In this document: in pieces, positions 29,295 to 39,436 of the stretch
Numbering within the stretch: position 1 is the first letter of the stretch
Layout: each line of letters starts with the position of its first letter
From: Spirochaetales bacterium
Lineage (GTDB): Bacteria > Spirochaetota > Spirochaetia > SZUA-6 > RPPD01
Direction of reading: 5' to 3'
Assembly: GCA_016929065.1 (NCBI GenBank)
Contig: JAFGJO010000014.1
Coordinates: 101-64,100 of the forward strand
DNA length: 64,000 nucleotides
Notes under the pieces: generated by a model
What the model saw: only the letters and a program-made list of their open reading frames with translations
Databases searched by the model: none
What the model was told of the DNA's origin: nothing
Made by a program: the position numbers and the translations under genes

Positions 29295-30425
29295 TTACTG
29301 CGGAAGGATAATGGAATGAAGTTCTATTCCCTTTGCCGCTGCATCTGCGAATACCTTTTCCTTTGTCACCGTTCCCCGGGGAACCGGATGCGGCGGGGCA
29401 TCACCGATCAGGATAACAAGTTTCAGCTGGGAATTCCAGGAAAACTGGTGTACAGCTGCATCCAGCGCCTCATAGACGGCCTCGGGGATATCTCTCCCGC
29501 CCTGGGTAGAAACACTTTCAATTATTTTCGAGACTGTCTCATAGTCTTCGGTAAAGGGTATGGTTTTCACGACATACTGCTCAAGATAATCCTTATAGAA
29601 AACCACGCCAACCCGCAGCTGTTTATAGCGTGCGCGGTATTTCTGAATTACTGTCAGCAATGCATTTTTTACATAGAAAATATCATCCTTCATGCTTGCG
29701 GTGGTATCAAGAGAAAGAATAAGATCAAGGCTTTCCCCCACCTTGGATTTGATGATTTCATCAATCTGGGTGATAATATCTTCCTCACCAAGAGAAACAC
29801 GGGCTTCACCGCCGCCCTCTTCGGCGATTTCCTTGAAGTCACGCAGTGTATCTTCCCTGATATTTTTTGAATCTTCGGCAGTAGCGACATTCGTTTCAAC
29901 CGGCCGGTCTGTTTTCACAAACTGAAAGGGATTGTCATAATATCTGCCTGAATAATCACCATATGGTTTTTGAAACGTCCGTATATTGATAAATGCACCA
30001 TTATCAATCTGTAAAAAACCGCTCCGCGTCCACGGATATCCGTAGATCACCACCAGGGGAATAAAAATATGGAAAGCTTCGCCCAATTGGGGATGGTTTT
30101 CTGCAGTGGAATCAATCAAAGAATACAGCCTGCTTTCAGGCTTGATGAATTTCCCTTCCAGAAGCCGTTTTTCATCACCATTCGCCGGATGCCACTTTGA
30201 ACTTCGAAGGGCATAGGATGCATCTTTTTTTGCGGGGTCAGCGGTTGTTTCGGTGAGCAAAACACTCTCAATCTCCGGCTTTTTTTTAATCCAGAGGTCA
30301 TATCCGCCGTCTGCATTATACTGAATAATCATGTCAGCCGGCGCCAGGGCAAGATTGTCCTGTGCATGCAGTACAAAAAGAGAAATACTGAATAACAGGA
30401 TGGTGAAATACTTCTTTCTTTCCAT
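29295..30425 (-). CDS. Secreted von Willebrand factor A (vWA) domain protein
   Basis: Start at MERKKYFTILLFSISLFVLHAQ (signal peptide); C-terminal vWA with MIDAS-like DLILSLDTTASM...GGRDIPEAVYEAL...LVILIGDAPPH. Confidence 0.75.
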   Translation of the reverse strand: MERKKYFTILLFSISLFVLHAQDNLALAPADMIIQYNADGGYDLWIKKKPEIESVLLTETTADPAKKDASYALRSSKWHPANGDEKRLLEGKFIKPESRLYSLIDSTAENHPQLGEAFHIFIPLVVIYGYPWTRSGFLQIDNGAFINIRTFQKPYGDYSGRYYDNPFQFVKTDRPVETNVATAEDSKNIREDTLRDFKEIAEEGGGEARVSLGEEDIITQIDEIIKSKVGESLDLILSLDTTASMKDDIFYVKNALLTVIQKYRARYKQLRVGVVFYKDYLEQYVVKTIPFTEDYETVSKIIESVSTQGGRDIPEAVYEALDAAVHQFSWNSQLKLVILIGDAPPHPVPRGTVTKEKVFADAAAKGIELHSIILPQ

Positions 30426-30573
30426 AATACCTATTATCGGTGAAAATATAACATGCTCCAACACAATTTTACACTGATATCCGGCATTTTTCAACACCAC
30501 TCTCCTTCTCAATGTGCACGTTTCGCATCTATAGAGTGTTGTCTTTACCTGAATTTGTCAAGTATTTCAGGAG

Positions 30574-31011
30574 TTACAATTCCAGTACCGCGGGAAACGG
30601 AATATCGGTCTTGTGGATAGAGGTATTCCAGAAAAATAAAAATCGTTCGGTGAATACACTGATAAACCTGCAATGTGTTTCATAATTCCCTGGAAATACA
30701 AAAAAGAAGAGAATGTTTGTATCGATACGAACCGCATACACGTTCTGATCAGTTCCTGCGATCCGGGTCAAAATGAGGCCGCCGCAGTACTCTGCCGCGC
30801 CAAAATACCGCGGATGTGCCATGGAAAATATCACATTGACTGGGCCGCTCCCGGTCTGATATTCCGCGCTGTACGCCTGATACGTGTTCGGAGGCAGGAT
30901 TTCAATAGTGTTTTTCAATACCGGCCCGCTTTTCAAAAAAACAGCCCCGCTCTTCAGCTCCTGGGAAGAACCGGGAAAACAGAGGGAAAAAACCAAAACA
31001 AGCGGGATCAT
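30574..31011 (-). CDS. Hypothetical secreted protein (~145 aa)
   Basis: Probable start MIPLVLVFSLCFPGSSQ (signal peptide) just after the glmS stop; the longer ORF-track extension overlaps glmS and is unlikely. Confidence 0.4.
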   Translation of the reverse strand: MIPLVLVFSLCFPGSSQELKSGAVFLKSGPVLKNTIEILPPNTYQAYSAEYQTGSGPVNVIFSMAHPRYFGAAEYCGGLILTRIAGTDQNVYAVRIDTNILFFFVFPGNYETHCRFISVFTERFLFFWNTSIHKTDIPFPAVLEL

Positions 31012-31021
31012 TCTTTTAAAG

Positions 31022-32845
31022 TTACTCCACCGTAACACTCTTTGCAAGATTCCGCGGTTGATCCACATCACGTTTGAGCTCCACAGCACAAAAATAAGCC
31101 AGCAGCTGCAGCGGCACGACCATGATAAAAGGATAAAACAGTTCAGGAACTTTTGGAACAAAAAAAACATCGTCGGCGATATCCAGAATTTCCATATCCC
31201 CTTCTGTCGCAATGGCAATCAGCGGGCCGCGCCGGGCTTTGACTTCCTTCATATTTGAGACTACCTTTTCGCGAAGCCGGTCGTCCGGCACAAGAAATAC
31301 GCTTGGTGTCTCTTCGTTAATAAGGGCAATGGGGCCATGCTTGATTTCAGCCGCGCTGTAGCCTTCTGCATGGATATAGGATATTTCCTTGAGTTTCAAG
31401 GCTCCTTCAAGAGCGACCGGATAGTTTATCCCCCTGCCCAGAAACAGAAAATCGGTAAAACTGCAGTATTTTTTGGCAATCACCTGCATCTTGTCCGCTG
31501 TGTTGAATATCTCGGCAATTTTATCGGGTATATCAGTGAGATTCCTGATATACCACTCGCCGGATTCAAAGGACATGTGACGCATGCGTGCCATGACCAG
31601 ACAGAACAGGTATAATGCGGTGATCTGGGAAGTGAATGCTTTTGTAGAAGCAACCGCGATTTCCGGTCCGGAATGTATATAGACCCCGCCGTCAGATTCC
31701 CGGGGAATCGTAGACCCGACAACATTACAGATCCCGAGTACCCTCGCTCCTTTTCGCTGCAGTTCGCGCATGGCATAAAGCGTATCCGCTGTCTCACCGG
31801 ACTGCGATACAGCAAAATAAAGGGTATTTCGTTCAACGATGGGATTTCGGTAGCGTACTTCTGATGCGAGCTCGGCACTGCACGGCACTCGTGCCGTCTG
31901 CTCGATCATATACGATGCAACAAGACCCGCATGAAATGAAGTTCCCGCTGCAATGATTTTAATTCTTTCGATATCAAGCAACTCACGGCTGTTCAGGTTA
32001 AGTCCTCCCAACCGCGCGGTGGCCGCTTCCCGGTCAATTCGACCGCGGAACGCACGGACAACCGACTCCGGCTGCTCATAAATCTCTTTATGCATAAAGT
32101 GCTTGAAATCGCCTTTTTCAATTTCCTGAAGATCCCAGGTGATCTCATCGATCTTTTTATTGACGACCCGGTCGGACATATCCACGATGGTAAACTCGTC
32201 ATCTGTGATCGTGACAACATGGCCGTCCTCCAGGTACACCACCTGTTTTGTATGTGCCAGGATAGCGGTTACATCAGAGGCAAGAAACATTTCGTCATTG
32301 GCAACTCCGATTACCAAAGGCGAACCGTTTCGCGCACCCACCAGTTTGTGCGGTTCATCAGCGTGCATGCAGACAATTCCGTAAGTCCCCTCCAGAACCG
32401 GAAGGGTATCTTTCATCGCCTTTTCAAGATCGCCGGTATAATTCTGGGCAATAAGATGGGCGATAACTTCGGAATCGGTCTCGGTAAAAAACTCGACACC
32501 TTTCTCCTCCAGCTTTTTTTTGATCGCAGTATAATTTTCGATTATTCCGTTATGAACAATGGCAATCTTGCCGCTGTTGTCGACATGCGGATGGGCATTG
32601 GTATTGGTCACCCCGCCATGAGTTGCCCATCGGGTGTGCCCAATGCCGTATGTCCCTGCAATTTCGGCCGGGACATGTACACGCAGGTCATGGATCTTGC
32701 CGGTCTGCTTGATGACCGTCAACTCATGGTTTATCCCCACTGAAATACCCGCAGAGTCATAGCCCCGGTATTCAAGGCGCTTCAGCCCGTCAAGAAGGAT
32801 CGGTGCAGCCTGACGCGGACCGCAATAACCAATTATTCCGCACAT
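31022..32845 (-). CDS. glmS: Glutamine--fructose-6-phosphate aminotransferase
   Basis: MCGIIGY N-terminal nucleophile, two SIS domains, C-terminal ...KSVTVE. Confidence 0.95.
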   Translation of the reverse strand: MCGIIGYCGPRQAAPILLDGLKRLEYRGYDSAGISVGINHELTVIKQTGKIHDLRVHVPAEIAGTYGIGHTRWATHGGVTNTNAHPHVDNSGKIAIVHNGIIENYTAIKKKLEEKGVEFFTETDSEVIAHLIAQNYTGDLEKAMKDTLPVLEGTYGIVCMHADEPHKLVGARNGSPLVIGVANDEMFLASDVTAILAHTKQVVYLEDGHVVTITDDEFTIVDMSDRVVNKKIDEITWDLQEIEKGDFKHFMHKEIYEQPESVVRAFRGRIDREAATARLGGLNLNSRELLDIERIKIIAAGTSFHAGLVASYMIEQTARVPCSAELASEVRYRNPIVERNTLYFAVSQSGETADTLYAMRELQRKGARVLGICNVVGSTIPRESDGGVYIHSGPEIAVASTKAFTSQITALYLFCLVMARMRHMSFESGEWYIRNLTDIPDKIAEIFNTADKMQVIAKKYCSFTDFLFLGRGINYPVALEGALKLKEISYIHAEGYSAAEIKHGPIALINEETPSVFLVPDDRLREKVVSNMKEVKARRGPLIAIATEGDMEILDIADDVFFVPKVPELFYPFIMVVPLQLLAYFCAVELKRDVDQPRNLAKSVTVE

Positions 32846-33010
32846 AGATAACTCCTGATCGACACGTAAAATATGGAAAACAGTGTGCCTGATATTTATC
32901 GCTAAAAATTATGGTAAAAATGTGTTCTTTAAAAGCAAATATAGCGTAAATTCCATTTTTAATCGAGAAGATTACAAAAATACTTGTTTTTTTTCAAGAA
33001 CACGTTCCTG

Positions 33011-33670
33011 CTACAGGGTTTCCACCAGCTGATACAGCTTCTCCTCATTTACCAGCGAGAGTTCATTCCCCTTGAGTTTCAGTATCCCTGCCTTTAAAAA
33101 GGATTCCATGATCGCTTCGAGCCGGGTTCGGGGGATATTCAGATGGAGGCCGATCTCATCAAGAATCGCTTCATAATCCTCAATTTTCCTGTTTTTCGTT
33201 GATTCCTTGAATGCATAATACAGGTTCAGGGCGACAACGCCGTCCTCTCCCCGGGTCATAAAATGCTTCATCTTTTCCACCGCGCTGTTTAACCGCCGGC
33301 AGAGCCGGTCAATAATTGACAAGGCGATACCGGGATTTTTTTCAATCATTTTCTGAAACTCGTCACGGTCAAAGCCCAGCAGCCGCACATTCGTCATCGT
33401 CGCGGCACTGGCGGTCCTTTTTATCTGGTTGACCAAAGCCATCTCTCCAAAAAACTCTCCCTTGCCCAGGATCGCCAGAAGGTGCTCTTTCCCCTGAATT
33501 TTCTTTGTTATCTTGATTTTCCCTTCCTGAATGATAAACATGCGGTCACCGGAATCACCTTCGGAAAAGATCACCCTGTCCGGTTCAATATCCTTCCCGA
33601 AATTCTCAAATAGTAATGTATCCTGGCCCATGCAATACTCCCCTGGAAATAATTTTTTAAAAAATTCCAT
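33011..33670 (-). CDS. Crp/Fnr-family cNMP-binding transcriptional regulator
   Basis: cNMP-binding motif (FIIQEGKIKITK...GKGEFFGEMAL) plus C-terminal HTH; likely start MEFFKKLF. Confidence 0.7.
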   Translation of the reverse strand: MEFFKKLFPGEYCMGQDTLLFENFGKDIEPDRVIFSEGDSGDRMFIIQEGKIKITKKIQGKEHLLAILGKGEFFGEMALVNQIKRTASAATMTNVRLLGFDRDEFQKMIEKNPGIALSIIDRLCRRLNSAVEKMKHFMTRGEDGVVALNLYYAFKESTKNRKIEDYEAILDEIGLHLNIPRTRLEAIMESFLKAGILKLKGNELSLVNEEKLYQLVETL

Positions 33671-33811
33671 CTTGCCTGAAAGCAGGGGATCATTTTCCCC
33701 TGTATATATTATACAGAAAGCAAAACAGAATGGAAAAAAACAGTATATCGGTTTTTTAGACATATGCCAAATACAAATTGGTCATTCTATCCATTAAAAA
33801 AGGAGTTTTTC

Positions 33812-34825
33812 ATGAAATACCGAATAATTCTTTTCTGCTTCATCCTTCTTGTTGCCGGCTGCTTGCCGGTTCCCCAGGGGATAGATCCTGATGTTGATTT
33901 GACCCCCCCGGCGCTTGAAAAAGTTGTCGTGTCCGACAACCGCTCAGTCACATTGTATTTCGATGAAGGGGTTATGCTTGCTGAAGAGGAAATCATCACC
34001 GAACCGTCTCTATCGGTAGCCTCGACATCCAGTACCGACAATACAGTGACAGTTCAGTTTCACAATGAGCTGCAGCCCGGCAAAGAGTATATCATCCGCG
34101 CGGAGGCCAGAGATAGAAAAGAAAACAGCATGTTTCTGATCACCCGTTTTTACGGATACAACGGTTCAATCCCGGGGCTGATGATTAATGAATTCACTAC
34201 CCGCGGCTCGGAAACGCATCCTGATTGCGTTGAAATAAAAATTTTACAGGAAGGAAATCTCGCCGGGATATGTTTTTTTCACGGGACAAAGACATTGTTC
34301 AAGTACCGCTTTGTTTTTCCGGCGTGCGAGGTGAAACCCGGCGATTATATTCTCCTGCATACAAAACCTGTTGGCACACCGGATGAAATCAACGAAACAA
34401 ATGACAAAACTGTTTCCGAAGGCCTTGATGCCTCCTCAACCGCATTTGATTTCTGGATTCCAAAGGGGAGCGGGTTATCGGGAAATAACGGGACGATCAC
34501 ACTGTACAATCAGCCGTTCGGCACAATACTTGATGCGGTGCTGTATACGAACAGGACATCGGCATCAGACACTGATTACATGGGATTCGGGTCAAGAACA
34601 GTCATGGAACAGGCAATAGAGCTGGAACAGGACGGAGGGTGGAAAATAACCGGCTTATCTGTTGCGCCCGAAGATGCGGTGTTTATTGAAGAATCAACTG
34701 CGACGCGTTCTGTCTGCAGAATGTCTGCCGGTGTGGACACCGACAGCAAAGCCGACTGGCATATTGTCCCCACAAAAGGGTACACTTTCGGAACACAGAA
34801 TTCGGATGAAAACCATGTTCCGTAA
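33812..34825 (+). CDS. Lipoprotein with lamin-tail-domain (LTD)-like region
   Basis: AAGGAG RBS; MKYRIILFCFILLVAGC lipobox; LMINEFTTRGSETHPDCVEIKILQEGNLAGICFF resembles the LTD signature (INE...D..EFVEL.N). Confidence 0.55.
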   Translation: MKYRIILFCFILLVAGCLPVPQGIDPDVDLTPPALEKVVVSDNRSVTLYFDEGVMLAEEEIITEPSLSVASTSSTDNTVTVQFHNELQPGKEYIIRAEARDRKENSMFLITRFYGYNGSIPGLMINEFTTRGSETHPDCVEIKILQEGNLAGICFFHGTKTLFKYRFVFPACEVKPGDYILLHTKPVGTPDEINETNDKTVSEGLDASSTAFDFWIPKGSGLSGNNGTITLYNQPFGTILDAVLYTNRTSASDTDYMGFGSRTVMEQAIELEQDGGWKITGLSVAPEDAVFIEESTATRSVCRMSAGVDTDSKADWHIVPTKGYTFGTQNSDENHVP

Positions 34826-34844
34826 TTGTGTCAGCGGGTACGAT

Positions 34845-35168
34845 TTACAGATATGGTTTCAGAATATCGTCCAAAACCTGCCGGGGGACAGCACCCACGC
34901 GTTTCTCGGCAATACTTCCCTTTGAAAACAGCAGAAGAGTTGGAATACTCACAATATTATACTCACCGGCAATCTCGCCTTCATCATCGACATTCAGTTT
35001 TCCCACTTTGAGTTTTCCGGCATTTTCACCTGCCAGCTGTGCAAGAATGGGTTCCATCATTTTACAGGGCATACACCAGGGAGCCCAAAAATCAACGAGT
35101 ACCGGGATATCAGACTCCAGCACTTCTTTTTGAAAATTGTCTTTTGTGATGGTCACTTCGCTGCTCAT
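34845..35168 (-). CDS. trxA: Thioredoxin with non-canonical WCMPC active site
   Basis: 107 aa, VLVDFWAPWCMPCKMMEPIL...IVSIPTLLLF. Confidence 0.85.
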   Translation of the reverse strand: MSSEVTITKDNFQKEVLESDIPVLVDFWAPWCMPCKMMEPILAQLAGENAGKLKVGKLNVDDEGEIAGEYNIVSIPTLLLFSKGSIAEKRVGAVPRQVLDDILKPYL

Positions 35169-35178
35169 CGCATGCCTC

Positions 35179-35949
35179 CTATTTTTTCTTGAGATCTTTC
35201 ATTCTGAAATCAATTATAATATTTAAAATGTAATCAATAATTTCCTGAAGGTCTTGTTTTTTGTTTTCTTCCAGATCCAGTCTCTTTTCTTTTACCGACA
35301 TCAGCACCTCGTACACTCCATGCAGCAGAAACGCAGATTCCAGAATATAATCTTTTTCTTCCTTCTCGATCATGGGATAATCGCGGGGGAAACGGTTCAA
35401 GCGGGCGACATAGCGCTCTAGGCGGACGGCGATCCCGTCCCGGCCGCTGCCGCCAAGCTGGTGCAGCTGATGTTCAAAGGTAATCATGCTCTTTGTACTT
35501 AAGGAATAGGCAGTATTTTTTAAAATCCCGTACAAATTCGGCCAATACTGCTGTTCGAGCGTATTGAGGGCCCCAAAAAGCCGCCGAATCTCCGGATTCG
35601 CATCATTGTGGATCTCCAGATCCGGGTATTTTGCGATCTTTTTCTGGTTTTCTTCGATGATTTTATCGGCAAAGTCCCCGGTCGGCGTATCATCTGCAAC
35701 CTTGATTTTCCGGTTCAGCACCTTTTCTTCTTCAACCTTGAGCAGTTCTTCGATCGCACTTATTTCTGCGAGCAGAAAGCTGGAGATATCGGTCCCGTTT
35801 TTAATTGCTGCCACATAGCGGTCCTCGAAATTGGCCTTATGCCGCTTTGATTTAAAGTGCTTGTAGCTGTATTCATCGTATTTTTTCCGAATCTTTTGTA
35901 CAGTGAGGGTAATTTCATTGGGGGTCAGTTTTTTTATGGCCATAGTCAT
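35179..35949 (-). CDS. Hypothetical protein (256 aa), no recognisable domain
   Basis: Long ORF co-directional with and 10 nt downstream of trxA. Confidence 0.4.
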   Translation of the reverse strand: MTMAIKKLTPNEITLTVQKIRKKYDEYSYKHFKSKRHKANFEDRYVAAIKNGTDISSFLLAEISAIEELLKVEEEKVLNRKIKVADDTPTGDFADKIIEENQKKIAKYPDLEIHNDANPEIRRLFGALNTLEQQYWPNLYGILKNTAYSLSTKSMITFEHQLHQLGGSGRDGIAVRLERYVARLNRFPRDYPMIEKEEKDYILESAFLLHGVYEVLMSVKEKRLDLEENKKQDLQEIIDYILNIIIDFRMKDLKKK

Positions 35950-36070
35950 TTATATATATAGGAGGAATTCAGTAAAGAGTCAAGAATGAAAAAAAATATA
36001 CTCACGCCTGCTCTATCCCCCATTCAAGTTGAACCCTGCAAGATAATCGGTAACTTCATACAAAACCAGT

Positions 36071-36102
36071 ATACAGCAAACCACTCATATTGTCAGAAAT
36101 AA
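36071..36102. repeat. Left copy of 32-bp imperfect direct repeat flanking the TA cassette (ATACAGCAAACCACTCATATTGTCAGAAATAA)
   Basis: 25/32 identical to copy at 36843-36874, including identical 13-nt core TTGTCAGAAATAA. Confidence 0.45.
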
Positions 36103-36196
36103 TAACTCGGCGATCAATAATATCATTGTAATACTTGATTTTATTTATTAACTGAAGTATATTAATAACCAGATCTGGTCTGGCTCTGGAGGTCAA

Positions 36197-36436
36197 ATGA
36201 TAGTCGACACCATTACACAGGCAAAAACTCAGTTATCATCTCTTATTGAAAAAGTTCTAACGGGAGAAGAAGTCCTCATCAAGCGGGCCGGAAAACCGGT
36301 CGCCATACTGAAAAAATACAGCCCGACAGCATTGAACAGGTACCCGGGCGCACTGAAAAATAAAATCAAAATTGCAAAGGATTTCGATGAACTCCCCCCG
36401 GATATGGCAGAATCATTCGGGATGAAAAAGAAATGA
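36197..36436 (+). CDS. Type II antitoxin, Phd/YefM family
   Basis: 79 aa, MIVDTITQAKTQLSSLIEKVLTGEEVLIKRAGKPVAIL; 4-nt overlap with downstream PIN toxin. Confidence 0.7.
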   Translation: MIVDTITQAKTQLSSLIEKVLTGEEVLIKRAGKPVAILKKYSPTALNRYPGALKNKIKIAKDFDELPPDMAESFGMKKK

Positions 36437-36804
36437 ATCTGCTTCTCGATACACATATCATCCTCTGGTGGCTGGATGATGACCCGCTCTTATCAGAAAA
36501 ATACCGACAGGCTGTTTCAGATACAGAGAATGTCTGTCTTGTCAGTGCAGCGTCCATCTGGGAAATAAGTATTAAAAGCGCGATCGGGAAACTTGAAATC
36601 CCAAAAAACTATATCGGAATTCTCAAGGAACAGGGATTCTTTGAACTGCCGGTGTTGTGGGAACACGCTGACAAGGCAAGACACCTGCCGTTTCATCACA
36701 CCGATCCCTTTGACAGAATGCTTGTTGCACAAGCGATGATCGACGGATTGACAATTCTTACAATCGATAAAACGATCCCGCAATACAAGGTGCAGATTCT
36801 TTAA
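36433..36804 (+). CDS. vapC: PIN-domain toxin (VapC-like)
   Basis: LLDTHIILWW (conserved Asp), SAASIWEISIK, TDPFDRMLVAQA, LTILTIDK: PIN acidic residues in canonical positions. Confidence 0.8.
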   Translation: MNLLLDTHIILWWLDDDPLLSEKYRQAVSDTENVCLVSAASIWEISIKSAIGKLEIPKNYIGILKEQGFFELPVLWEHADKARHLPFHHTDPFDRMLVAQAMIDGLTILTIDKTIPQYKVQIL

Positions 36805-36842
36805 TTATTTCCTTCCGTATTGTGCAGTTTTAACAAAGCTGA

Positions 36843-36874
36843 ATACAGCAGAAGCCCAATGTTGTCAGAAATAA
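36843..36874. repeat. Right copy of 32-bp imperfect direct repeat flanking the TA cassette (ATACAGCAGAAGCCCAATGTTGTCAGAAATAA)
   Basis: See left copy. Confidence 0.45.
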
Positions 36875-36959
36875 AGCCTCCTGAATATTGTATAAATTAT
36901 TAATGAAAAAACAAAGCAGGTATGATAGACTTTCATCATAAAAGTTCAAGGTGGTGACC

Positions 36960-37826
36960 ATGAAAAAATCAAAATGGGTAATTTTTATTCTTGTACTCAT
37001 TTTTTCTGCATGCGGGGCAAATGACCGATTCAGGGGAACAGAGACTGAGGAGCAATTGGATTCCGGCGTCATGGAAAAAGAGGCTGCACCATCCCCGGCA
37101 GGAGAAGAACCTGCTCCGGTGACTGAATCGGCAATTCCCCAGACCAGGTACCGCATCAAATCTGCTGACATGAAAATAGAGGTGGGAGATTTGACCGGAG
37201 CAGACAAACAGATACAAAACCTTGTCACAGAGAGCCGTGGCTATATCAGTTTTTCATTGCTCCACCAATCCAGTATTTCGCTCACCTGTAAAATCCCGGC
37301 CGACAACTTCGATAATTTTATCAACCAGATTGAGACGATTGGTATGGTCAAAAACAAACAGATCACCGTGGAAGATGTGACCAGCCAGTTTTTTGATCTG
37401 GAAACCAGAATAAAAAACAAACGGATCCTTCTTGCCCGCTATCAAAGTTACCTGGCGCGCGCAAATAACACACGCGAGCTTGTGGAACTGGAACGGACGA
37501 TCAATAATGTGACCACCGAGATCGAATCCCTTGAAGGAAGCATGAAAAATCTTTCCAGCCAGATATCCTATTCAACGCTGTCGCTCACCGCTGAACTGCC
37601 GCCGGGACAGGGAGAGGTCTTTTCAATGCCCTCGCTGCTTGGCGGGCTGCGGGGTGTCGGAGAATTTCTGCTCATTTTCCTGTATTACCTGCTTATCGTA
37701 TTACTGTATATTCTGGTAATCGGTATCCCGATCCTGCTGCTTGTCGGCGGTTTTTATTTTGTGGGTTTCGGACGGATTGGCCTTCTCGTGAAGTTTTTCA
37801 GGGCACTGGGGCCAAAGACAAAATAA
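36960..37826 (+). CDS. DUF4349-like lipoprotein with C-terminal TM segments
   Basis: AAGGTGG RBS; MKKSKWVIFILVLIFSACG lipobox; central DVTSQFFDLETRIKNKRILLARYQSYLA region matches the DUF4349 pattern; hydrophobic C-terminus. Confidence 0.6.
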   Translation: MKKSKWVIFILVLIFSACGANDRFRGTETEEQLDSGVMEKEAAPSPAGEEPAPVTESAIPQTRYRIKSADMKIEVGDLTGADKQIQNLVTESRGYISFSLLHQSSISLTCKIPADNFDNFINQIETIGMVKNKQITVEDVTSQFFDLETRIKNKRILLARYQSYLARANNTRELVELERTINNVTTEIESLEGSMKNLSSQISYSTLSLTAELPPGQGEVFSMPSLLGGLRGVGEFLLIFLYYLLIVLLYILVIGIPILLLVGGFYFVGFGRIGLLVKFFRALGPKTK

Positions 37827-38035
37827 AAAGACGTGAAACGGCGTTTTCAGGGCTTGCGTATCTCTATGGGTCCTTTGTGAATATTTCCGAATGGCTTACT
37901 TTCTTCACAAACCGTATGATCAAGGAGAGGAGATTCCCGTTTTATTTTCTTCCCTTCGCGTTTCTTTGCGGGCTTTGCGAGGTAAATCTCCTCACTCTGT
38001 GTTCTCAGTATCTCTGTACGAATTTCTTCCTTAGA

Positions 38036-39436
38036 TTATAACTTCCGAAAAAACTTTTCCATCTTTCTGTGATCCTTGATTCCCGGTTCCGACTCCAGCC
38101 TGCTTGAAACATCCACCAACTCCGGCGAAAAGTTTTCCACAATCAAAGCAATATTTTCCGGGCCGATTCCGCCAGCCAGCCAGAGCGGGCGAATTTTTCG
38201 TGCTTCTTCGACGAGTTCTTTTGGAATCTCTTTTCCCGTTCCACCGCGGACTGATTGGGAAAACGCGTCGATGAGCACCCGCGGACAGTGGAATTCCTTC
38301 AGTGTTTCAATCTCCTCCGCCCCCTGTATACGTACTGTTTTGTAATAGGGAAAAGCCCGTACAAAGCAGGCATCAGGAGCTTCATCGCCATGAAATTGGA
38401 TCACATCAAGTGCTCCTGATTCAAGCAGTTCTTTTATTTCCGGATCAATCTCTGCATCAGGGCCGGAGACGACAACCCCAGCCTTAAGCACCGGCAAATC
38501 AGCACAGCTTTTAATAAATTCCAAGGTTGTCTTCCTCGGCGATTCAGCAAGGATAAACCCGACGATATCAGCACCAAGTTCGATTGCTTTTAGGGCATCT
38601 TCCCGTCTGGTAATACCGCAGATCTTTACCAGAGGCCTGTTATTGTACCGGCTGTACAGCCTGCCCCAGAAGTCACTGCCTGTATAATCAAAGGCCGACA
38701 GCAGTTCTCCCACAAGCCCCGGCTGCCGCATCACCGACTCCCCCACCAAAATACCCTTAAACCCCGAAGAAAGGGCGGTCACTGCGTCCTCAAGACAGAA
38801 TATCCCCGATTCAAAGACAACCTCGCACGGCCATGTGATGAACCGTTTTGTTTTAAACGGGATCACCGGGTCAAGCTTGAATGTCTCCAGGTCCCGTGAA
38901 TTGATTCCAACCAGCTTGGGTTTGAATGACGAGACCTTCTCCGCGTCTTCCTGCGAGTGAAGCTCTACCAGTGCGGCCATGCCCAGTTCCCGTACACGGG
39001 AAAGCATTGTGCCGAAAAGTTGTTTTTCGAGCATCGACGCAATCAGCAATACTGCATCGGCACCGGCCCGAAACGACACGTCAATATCTTCAACATCAAC
39101 CAGAAAGTCTTTTCGAAGAATCGCCGTTTCCGGGTATGCTTTTTTCACCGCCATCAGATCGTTCAAGGAGCCGCCGAAATATTCTTCTTCTGTTAAAATC
39201 GAAATACTCTGCGCCCCGGCCGCTCTATAATTTCCCGCTTGGGTGACAGGGTCTGCTCCGGCAGCGATATCTCCCTTTGAGGGCGAACGGCGCTTCATCT
39301 CGCAGATGAGAAACGGCTGTCTGGCAAACGATACCAGCGGCACCTGCCGCGTTTCGGGCACACCGGCTCCCATTTCATGTCCAAGGTTTTCAATCCGCTT
39401 TATACGACGGGCAACGATTTCATCGCGGATATTCAT
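38036..39436 (-). CDS. trpCF: Bifunctional indole-3-glycerol-phosphate synthase / phosphoribosylanthranilate isomerase
   Basis: N-terminal IGPS motifs ([16 protein letters not shown]), C-terminal PRAI ([27 protein letters not shown]). Confidence 0.9.
   Translation of the reverse strand: MNIRDEIVARRIKRIENLGHEMGAGVPETRQVPLVSFARQPFLICEMKRRSPSKGDIAAGADPVTQAGNYRAAGAQSISILTEEEYFGGSLNDLMAVKKAYPETAILRKDFLVDVEDIDVSFRAGADAVLLIASMLEKQLFGTMLSRVRELGMAALVELHSQEDAEKVSSFKPKLVGINSRDLETFKLDPVIPFKTKRFITWPCEVVFESGIFCLEDAVTALSSGFKGILVGESVMRQPGLVGELLSAFDYTGSDFWGRLYSRYNNRPLVKICGITRREDALKAIELGADIVGFILAESPRKTTLEFIKSCADLPVLKAGVVVSGPDAEIDPEIKELLESGALDVIQFHGDEAPDACFVRAFPYYKTVRIQGAEEIETLKEFHCPRVLIDAFSQSVRGGTGKEIPKELVEEARKIRPLWLAGGIGPENIALIVENFSPELVDVSSRLESEPGIKDHRKMEKFFRKL

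Noticed and set aside
32846-33010. Possible glmS ribozyme upstream of glmS
   Set aside because: The 165-nt leader is AT-rich and lacks the GC-rich conserved core and pseudoknot segments of the glmS ribozyme.
37827-38035. Structured element or small ORF between the DUF4349 gene and trpCF
   Set aside because: It has a 9-bp inverted repeat (GAGGAGATT/AATCTCCTC) with a 52-nt loop and a possible 47-codon hydrophobic ORF. There is no U-tract and no conservation evidence, so it is too weak to call.
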